A stretch of 64,000 nucleotides of DNA, taken from contig CAMTVX010000017.1 of NCBI GenBank assembly GCA_947085295.1, positions 8,850 through 72,849 on the forward strand, given 5' to 3'. Made by a program: the position numbers and the translations under genes. Each line of letters starts with the position of its first letter. The stretch's first letter is position 1. This document shows positions 58,063 through 64,000 of this stretch, piece by piece. Origin of the DNA: an uncultured Alphaproteobacteria bacterium. Its GTDB lineage: Bacteria; Pseudomonadota; Alphaproteobacteria; UBA11222. The notes beneath the pieces were generated by a model. That model did not search any database. It was not told the DNA's origin and worked only from the letters and a program-made list of their open reading frames with translations.

Positions 58063-58177
58063 TCGTCATCGCGAGCCGCGAAGCGGCGTGGCGATCCAGA
58101 GTCTCACGCAAAGGCCTGTGTTTGTGGCCCCTGGATTGCCACGCTTCGCTCGCAATGACGATGAGGGGATTCTGTCA
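58063..58177. repeat. MITE-like nested-palindrome element, copy C, with conserved right flank (gaggggattctgtc)
   Basis: Structure: gtcatcgcgagccgcgaagcggcgtggcgat-ccagagtctcacgcaaaggcctgtgtttgtggcccctgg-attgccacgcttcgctcgcaatgac. The core is near-identical to copy B. Confidence 0.65.
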
Positions 58178-58222
58178 AATACACTCTTGCGCCATTAGTA
58201 GATAGAACAAAACAGGGTAATT

Positions 58223-58510
58223 ATGAGCGTTGATACAGATACGGTCCGCCGCATTGCAAAGCTGGCGCGGCTGGCGATTAGCGACGATGGGCTGGCGCCT
58301 ATGGCGCATGAATTAAATGTCATTCTTGGCTGGGCTGAACAATTGAACCAGGTGGATACGTCTGCGGTCGAGCCGATGACCAGCGCCGTGCAAACCACCC
58401 TGAAACAGCGCCCCGACACCGTGACCGATGGCCATCTCCAGGAAGCGGTGCTGGCCAATGCCCCGCTGGCCGAGCATGGCTTTTTCGTCGTGCCAAAAGT
58501 TGTAGAATAG
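58223..58510 (+). CDS. gatC: Asp-tRNA(Asn)/Glu-tRNA(Gln) amidotransferase subunit C
   Basis: 95 aa. VRRIAKLARLAISDD...L..IL.W..QL are GatC signatures. The gene is followed by gatA and gatB. Confidence 0.85.
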   Translation: MSVDTDTVRRIAKLARLAISDDGLAPMAHELNVILGWAEQLNQVDTSAVEPMTSAVQTTLKQRPDTVTDGHLQEAVLANAPLAEHGFFVVPKVVE

Positions 58511-58519
58511 GAACGCCGC

Positions 58520-59998
58520 ATGACGGATTTAACGGAACTGGGACTGGCAGCAGCCCGAGATGGATTGCGTGCCAGAAAATTCTCCTCGGTTGAGCTGACC
58601 GACGCCTATCTGGCGGCGATGGCGGCGGCGCGCGAACTGAATTGTTATATTACCGAAACGCCGGACCGCGCGCGCGCGATGGCGCAGGCCTCGGATGCCC
58701 GCATTGCATCGGGACAGACGGGCGCGCTGGAAGGCATACCGCTGGGCATCAAGGATTTGTTCTGCACCAAAGATGTGCTGAGCACCGCCGCCAGTCATAT
58801 TCTGGATGGCTTTAAGCCCGCCTATGAATCCACCGTGACCGCCAATCTGTGGCGCGAGGGCGCCGTGATGCTGGGCAAGCTCAATCTCGATGAGTTCGCG
58901 ATGGGCTCATCAAACGAGACCAGTTATTACGGACCGGTCGTCAATCCCTGGCGGCGCGCTGGCGACACCGCCAAACTGGTGCCTGGCGGTTCCAGCGGCG
59001 GATCATCGGCGGCGATTGCGGCGCATCTGTGCGTGGCGGCAACGGGTACGGATACGGGTGGTTCCATTCGTCAGCCCGCTGCCTTTACCGGCATTGTCGG
59101 GTTAAAGCCGACCTATGGCCGCTGTTCGCGCTGGGGCATTGTGGCGTTTGCATCCTCGCTGGATCAGGCGGGGCCGATGGCGCGCGATGTGCGTGATACG
59201 GCAATCATGCTGGGTGTTATGGCCGGACATGATCCAAAAGATTCCACCAGCGTCGATCGTCCAGTACCCAATTATGAAGCAGCGTTAACCGGCAACATCA
59301 AAGGTATGCGCATTGGCATTCCGGCGGAATACCGGGTGGATGGCATGCCTGCGGGTATCGAGACGATGTGGAGCAAGGGCGCGAAATGGTTGCAGGAGGC
59401 AGGAGCCGAAATCGTTGAAATAAATCTGCCGCACACCAAATATGCTTTGCCTGCTTATTATATTGTGGCCCCTGCGGAAGCGTCGTCCAATCTGGCGCGC
59501 TATGATGGCATGCGCTATGGCCTGCGTGTAACCGGCAGGGATTTGACCGATACCTATGAGCTGTCGCGCAGTGCGGGGTTTGGCGCGGAAGTGAAACGGC
59601 GCATTCTGATCGGCACCTATGTGCTGTCAGCGGGTTATTACGACGCCTATTATCTGCGTGCGCAACGGGTGCGTACCCTGATCGCCAATGATTTCAAGGC
59701 GGCGTTTGAAAAAGTGGACGCCATTCTGACGCCAGCGACGCCAAGCCCGGCCTTTGCCATTGGGGAACGCAATGATGATCCGATTGGCATGTTTCTGAAC
59801 GATGTCTTTACAGTGCCGGCCAATCTGGCGGGTCTTCCGGGCATTTCAGTGCCAGCCGGGTTATCAGACGATGGCCTTCCGCTGGGTCTGCAATTGCTCG
59901 GCAAGGCGTTTGATGAAGAGAATTTGTTACGGGTGGCGGGCGTTCTGGAAGAAGCAGCGGCGTTTACGGCGCGACCCGCACAGTGGTGGAGGGCTTAA
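58520..59998 (+). CDS. gatA: Glu-tRNA(Gln)/Asp-tRNA(Asn) amidotransferase subunit A
   Basis: The amidase signature is [13 protein letters not shown]...[14 protein letters not shown] (the Ser-cisSer-Lys family). 492 aa. Confidence 0.9.
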   Translation: MTDLTELGLAAARDGLRARKFSSVELTDAYLAAMAAARELNCYITETPDRARAMAQASDARIASGQTGALEGIPLGIKDLFCTKDVLSTAASHILDGFKPAYESTVTANLWREGAVMLGKLNLDEFAMGSSNETSYYGPVVNPWRRAGDTAKLVPGGSSGGSSAAIAAHLCVAATGTDTGGSIRQPAAFTGIVGLKPTYGRCSRWGIVAFASSLDQAGPMARDVRDTAIMLGVMAGHDPKDSTSVDRPVPNYEAALTGNIKGMRIGIPAEYRVDGMPAGIETMWSKGAKWLQEAGAEIVEINLPHTKYALPAYYIVAPAEASSNLARYDGMRYGLRVTGRDLTDTYELSRSAGFGAEVKRRILIGTYVLSAGYYDAYYLRAQRVRTLIANDFKAAFEKVDAILTPATPSPAFAIGERNDDPIGMFLNDVFTVPANLAGLPGISVPAGLSDDGLPLGLQLLGKAFDEENLLRVAGVLEEAAAFTARPAQWWRA

Positions 59999-60000
59999 TC

Positions 60001-61494
60001 ATGTCTGTACAGGAAATTTATGACGCAAAGCACGGTGACGCCACCGGATATATCACCGGCGCGACCGGTGATTGGGAATTGATCATCGGCATGGAAGTGC
60101 ATGCGCAGGTTTCTTCCAAGGCCAAACTGTTTTCCGGCGCGCCGACCGATTTTGGCGGCGAACCCAATGAACATGTCAGCCTGGTGGATGCCGCCATGCC
60201 CGGAATGTTACCTGTCATTAATGAATTCTGCGTGGCGCAGGCGGTGCGCACGGGACTCGGATTAAAGGCGCAGATCAATTTGCGTTCTGTGTTTGATCGC
60301 AAAAATTACTTCTATCCTGATCTGCCACAGGGCTATCAGATATCACAGTTCACCTATCCCATCGTTGGGCGCGGCGAAGTGCGGGTAGATATGCCGGATG
60401 GCGGCACCCGCATCGTGCGCATCGAACGCCTGCATCTGGAACAGGACGCGGGCAAAAGCCTGCATGATCAGCATCCCAGCATGTCCTATGTGGATTTGAA
60501 CCGTTCCGGCGTGGCGCTGATGGAAATTGTCTCGCAGCCCGATATCCGTTCGGCCGAGGAAGCAACGCTGTATCTGGAAAAGCTGCGCACCATCCTGCGC
60601 TATCTCGGCACCTGCGACGGCAATATGCAGGAAGGCTCGATGCGCGCAGACATTAATGTGTCGGTGCGCAAACCGGGCGGGCCGCTGGGCACGCGCTGCG
60701 AAATCAAGAACGTTAATTCGATGCGCTTTATCCGCCAGGCGATTGAATATGAAGCGCGGCGGCAGATTGAAATCATTGAAGAAGGTGGCGCAATCCGCCA
60801 GGAAACCCGGCTTTATGATCAGGTAAAGGGCGAAACACGCTCGATGCGATCAAAAGAGGAATCGCATGATTACCGCTACTTCCCGGACCCGGATTTGCTG
60901 CCGCTGGAGTTAACGCAATCCTTTGTCGATGAGATCGCGAAAACTTTACCGGAGTTGCCGGACACCAAGAAGGCGCGCTTTATTTCTGACTATGGATTGT
61001 CGGCCTATGATGCCAGCCTGCTGGTCGCTGATCGCGAAACGGCGGCGTATTTTGAGCGTGTGGCAAAGGGGCGTGACGCCAAGATTGCGGCAAACTGGGT
61101 CATCACCAATCTGTTCGGCGCGCTGAATGAAGCGGGAAAAACCATTGAAACGTCACCTGTTTCGGCGGATGCGCTGGGGCGCCTGCTGGATCTGCTGGCG
61201 GACCAAACGCTTTCCAGCCGCCTGGCGAAGGACGTGTTTGAAATCATGTTTGCAAGCGGCGACGCCCCCGAAAAGATTGTCGAGGAACGTGGATTGCGTC
61301 AGGTAACCGATACCGGAGCGATCGACGCAGCCATCGATGCGGTGATGGCCGCCAACCCCGATAAGGTAGCCGAAGTGAAAAGCGGCAAGGATAAGTTGCT
61401 GGGCTGGTTTGTCGGCCAGGTGATGAAATCCACCGGCGGAAAAGCCAATCCGCAGATGTTGAATGATGCACTGCGACAGAAATTCGGGTTATGA
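60001..61494 (+). CDS. gatB: Asp-tRNA(Asn)/Glu-tRNA(Gln) amidotransferase subunit B
   Basis: MSVQEIYDA...[13 protein letters not shown] is the GatB N-terminus, and there is a C-terminal YqeY-like tail. The ATG at 60001 has a ggaggg RBS and sits 3 nt after the gatA stop. Confidence 0.9.
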   Translation: MSVQEIYDAKHGDATGYITGATGDWELIIGMEVHAQVSSKAKLFSGAPTDFGGEPNEHVSLVDAAMPGMLPVINEFCVAQAVRTGLGLKAQINLRSVFDRKNYFYPDLPQGYQISQFTYPIVGRGEVRVDMPDGGTRIVRIERLHLEQDAGKSLHDQHPSMSYVDLNRSGVALMEIVSQPDIRSAEEATLYLEKLRTILRYLGTCDGNMQEGSMRADINVSVRKPGGPLGTRCEIKNVNSMRFIRQAIEYEARRQIEIIEEGGAIRQETRLYDQVKGETRSMRSKEESHDYRYFPDPDLLPLELTQSFVDEIAKTLPELPDTKKARFISDYGLSAYDASLLVADRETAAYFERVAKGRDAKIAANWVITNLFGALNEAGKTIETSPVSADALGRLLDLLADQTLSSRLAKDVFEIMFASGDAPEKIVEERGLRQVTDTGAIDAAIDAVMAANPDKVAEVKSGKDKLLGWFVGQVMKSTGGKANPQMLNDALRQKFGL

Positions 61495-61662
61495 GTACCC
61501 GAATTTTGATCGGCAACGCATTTCTGGCGCATCCAGAAAGCGGATTTCGACTCAGTAAATTGTGATCTCGTCTGTCACCAAATCGCGAATCACGCGTCTC
61601 TGATTCGGTTTGTGTCAGCTTTTTTGATCCTAAAATAAAAAAAATTCCAAAAGTGTGGCTTA

Positions 61663-61697
61663 CAAGCCGCACTGGCTTTTTTGGCGCGTTCAGGGAT
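61663..61697 (+). terminator. Rho-independent terminator candidate downstream of gatB
   Basis: The hairpin is gtgtggctt-aca-aagccgcac (a 9-bp stem with one G-U pair), followed by tggcttttttgg. Confidence 0.5.
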
Positions 61698-62619
61698 GCC
61701 GTTATGGCCGGATAAACTGCTTTCTTTCGTACGCCCGACGGCGTGCATCTGGCAAAAAAAAATCTGTTGCTGTGGATCAGAAAGCGCCTGAAAAGTGCAG
61801 AAATTGAGCCGCTCACGGTTTTTCAGGGCGTCCGTTCAAGCAGACAAAATCCTCTTAAAGTATATTCAGGCGCGGCAATATACTTCGACACTTTGTTTGA
61901 CGATGCTGTTTATCATCTGTGAAAAATAGAGGCGCAAAACCGGTCGCAACGACCAAAGAATGGCCAAAATACTGACTTTCTCCGGTTTTTGTTAAGAGTT
62001 TATTTGTAAATGCCACAGTTAATATACGTGACTATAGCGCACAACATATTCCGGGCAGGTCGATATGAGCAGTACACGGACGAAATGCGGTCAGGCAGTT
62101 TTTTATGGTTTGGATGGCCACAGCGCACCGGCATTCGTATCGATCACGCAGGACAGGCGGCAAATGGCTACGTCAGACTATGGAACTGTCCTGGCCGGAG
62201 GATAAAAGGAAACCGTTAACACCTTCTGACAGGGGCATCTGAATTACCAAAATGCCCAGGTTAGATATCGGGATGAAGAAATACCCAAGTATATTGCTAA
62301 TTTTTTTATTGACGGAAGGATAGTTTAATTAGATTACGAATCATTGGTCGAATCGTTGATGTGCGCCGGATGTGCAAAATGAAGATGGGCAATAGGGTCT
62401 TCAGGACGCGGCTGGCGCAAAAGACTAGTGCAGCTTCAGAGGCAGAAGATGTGGAGGCAGGAACCTAACCCCGGTGGTTTATCTTGTTAATGGGGTTGGT
62501 AGGTGAATACCTCGATCGACGATAGCGGGCCCGAAAGGGCTGGGTTGAATGAGTACCCTGCTTTTATTTTTCACCGGGGCATAGAGTTGCTGTGTCCCAC
62601 ACACTAGAGAGGACTGAAC

Positions 62620-62883
62620 ATGGCTATGAGCAAACCCAAGAAAGCGACGAAGAAGAAAGTCGTTAAGAAGACCACAAAAGCTGCGGCAGTGAAGAAGCCC
62701 GCAGTGAAGAAAGCAGCCGTTAAGAAGCCGGCAGCGAAAAAAGCTGCGGTGAAGAAGCCTGCGGCGAAAAAGCCGGCGGCGAAAAAAGCTGCGGTGAAGA
62801 AGCCTGCGACCAAAAAAGCCGCAGTGAAGAAAGTAGCGGCGAAGAAGCCTGCTGCCAAAAAAGCCGTCGCAAAAAAGAAATAA
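62620..62883 (+). CDS. Histone H1-like Lys/Ala-rich nucleoid protein
   Basis: 87 aa of tandem AAVKKPAAKK repeats, with no other composition. This is typical of bacterial H1/HC2-like DNA-binding proteins. Confidence 0.7.
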   Translation: MAMSKPKKATKKKVVKKTTKAAAVKKPAVKKAAVKKPAAKKAAVKKPAAKKPAAKKAAVKKPATKKAAVKKVAAKKPAAKKAVAKKK

Positions 62884-62888
62884 TGATA

Positions 62889-62918
62889 CCAGCCGTTTTC
62901 CTGAAAACGGCTGCATCC
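62889..62918. terminator. Hairpin terminator candidate between the convergent histone-like and P-type ATPase genes
   Basis: The stem is cagccgtttt-cctg-aaaacggctg, a perfect 10-bp pair. The downstream gggtttt is only moderately U-rich. Confidence 0.4.
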
Positions 62919-63011
62919 ATATCGGGTTTTAAGGCCAGTAGTAGCGCAATGCGGGTACCACAAATCCCTGCGGAGCCTTACTTCTGGCCTGCCCTTTTTC
63001 TACGCGGCCTT

Positions 63012-64000
63012 TTATTTGGCGGCTTTGCGCCGCCACGCGCTGCATAGCAATTTACGCGCCTCTTCAATCAGTAGCACGGACAGGGCGATGGACGTCGCCA
63101 GCGCCCAATCGAGCGCGCTGAGCGGGCGCATATGAAAAATCTCCTGCGCCAACGGCCAGTTGACCACCAGCACCAGCAGGCCAATAACGGTTACCAGCGC
63201 CGCCCATAATTGCCAGTTTCTGAAAAAATTGTGGGCGAATGCCGAACTGGTTTCAGATCGCACATTGAAAGCATTACAGAACTGGAACAGCACAAAGGTC
63301 GTAAAGGCCAGCGTAGTCGCGCGTTCCGTATCGCCTGTCGCAACGCCATAGGCCAGCATCAATAAGGTTCCTGTGGCCATGATTGCCCCGTAAAAACCGA
63401 TGATCCCAAGGCGACCCCACGATAAAACCCGCTCATCGGGTTTGCGCGGACGCGCCTCCATCAAATCCGGGCGGGCCGGATCAAGCCCCAGCGCCATAGC
63501 GGGCGGGCCATCCATGATGATGTTGACCAGCAGAATTTGAAGCGCGGTAAACGGCACCGGCAAGCCAAACAAGGGCGCCAGCAGCATGGTGAAGATCGCG
63601 CCCGCATTGGTCGAGACCTGAAAGCGCAAAAATTTGACGATATTGTCATAGATGCGGCGGCCTTCATGCACAGCGTCCACGATGGTGGCGAAATTGTCGT
63701 TGGTCAGCACCATCTTGGCGGCTTCCTTGGCGACATCGGTGCCGGTGATCCCCATCGCAATGCCGATATCGGCAGCCTTGAGCGCGGGTGCGTCATTGAC
63801 GCCATCACCGGTCATGGCGACGACATGATCATGGCGTTTCAGGGCCTGCACAATCTTGACCTTATGTTCGGGCGCGACGCGCGCAAAAATCCCGACATGT
63901 TCCAGGCGTTCTGCCAATTGCGCAACAGACAGGCTTTCCAGTTCCGCGCCAGTCATAATGTCGCCGGTGATGCCAAGTTCGGTGGCGATTGCGGCGGCGG
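63012..64000 (-). CDS. P-type cation-transporting ATPase (type II-like), C-terminal portion; 5' end beyond the right window edge
   Basis: VAMTGDGVNDAPALKAADIGIAMG is the P-type hinge motif. C-terminal TM helices M5 to M10 are present. The frame stays open to position 64000. Confidence 0.8.
   Translation of the reverse strand, partial: AAAIATELGITGDIMTGAELESLSVAQLAERLEHVGIFARVAPEHKVKIVQALKRHDHVVAMTGDGVNDAPALKAADIGIAMGITGTDVAKEAAKMVLTNDNFATIVDAVHEGRRIYDNIVKFLRFQVSTNAGAIFTMLLAPLFGLPVPFTALQILLVNIIMDGPPAMALGLDPARPDLMEARPRKPDERVLSWGRLGIIGFYGAIMATGTLLMLAYGVATGDTERATTLAFTTFVLFQFCNAFNVRSETSSAFAHNFFRNWQLWAALVTVIGLLVLVVNWPLAQEIFHMRPLSALDWALATSIALSVLLIEEARKLLCSAWRRKAAK

Noticed and set aside
62460-62600. 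Possible tRNA or tmRNA-like structure (gggcccgaaagggc stem, ccggggc)
   Set aside because: No T-loop GTTCRANYC consensus, no acceptor stem/CCA context, and no D-loop features. Kept only as part of the candidate ncRNA/UTR interval.
62479-62963. Minus-strand ORFs (145 and 119 aa) overlapping the histone-like gene
   Set aside because: Generated by the tandem repeat (Phe/Leu/Arg repeats in antisense). The sense-strand K/A/P repeat protein has an RBS-like ggactgaac preceding the ATG at 62620.

Overview
This window reads as a high-GC (about 60%) alphaproteobacterial-type chromosomal segment with about 70 protein-coding genes. I found no rRNA, tRNA or CRISPR array. Everything below is inferred by reading the six-frame translations and the DNA itself. 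No database search was run, so all family assignments are motif- and architecture-based.

Housekeeping genes:
- Fatty-acid synthesis: fabA-fabB-fabI.
- Redox: trxB, and a peroxiredoxin paired with a DsbD-like protein.
- ispH-thrB-rnhA.
- trpE, ppiD, dprA, plsY.
- pyrB followed by a dihydroorotase-like gene whose metal-binding HxH site is degenerate.
- ruvX.
- gatC-gatA-gatB.
- A histone H1-like gene.
- The 3' part of a P-type ATPase at the right edge.

Accessory or unusual content:
- An Irr-like Fur-family regulator next to rubrerythrin, with an ICE-like box (an Irr operator motif) between them.
- A REP-associated tyrosine transposase (RAYT) flanked by inverted REPs, plus a six-copy REP/BIME-like cluster about 10 kb away.
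- A family of about 95-bp MITE-like nested-palindrome elements: three full copies and one truncated copy. Two conserved flank motifs are each shared by two of the four copies.
- A 130-bp GC-rich nested palindrome centred on an EcoRI site.
- A 12-bp tandem repeat (3.4 units).
- A tandemly duplicated phosphotriesterase-like hydrolase plus SDR gene pair. The two copies are separated by the REP cluster, a TetR regulator and an SDR/alpha-beta-hydrolase fusion, and sit near a MaoC double-hotdog dehydratase and an AGE-family epimerase.
- A compact tailoring cassette: LbH acyltransferase, FAD oxidoreductase, NTF2-like protein, GT4 glycosyltransferase, two to three SAM methyltransferases, and a QW-repeat protein. 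The architecture suggests a methylated glycan or glycolipid pathway.
- A DUF2064-like transferase plus GT2 pair beside a radical SAM enzyme.
- A candidate HupE/UreJ metal-uptake operon with a His-rich periplasmic protein and a roughly 300-nt leader.
- A CoA-transferase-GNAT fusion.
- A phd/yefM-vapC toxin-antitoxin pair.
- Two compositionally atypical (low-GC) orphan genes.

I see no canonical defence system or mobile-element cargo gene that I can name with confidence. The most likely novel content is the set of uncharacterised cassettes and the orphan genes listed above.
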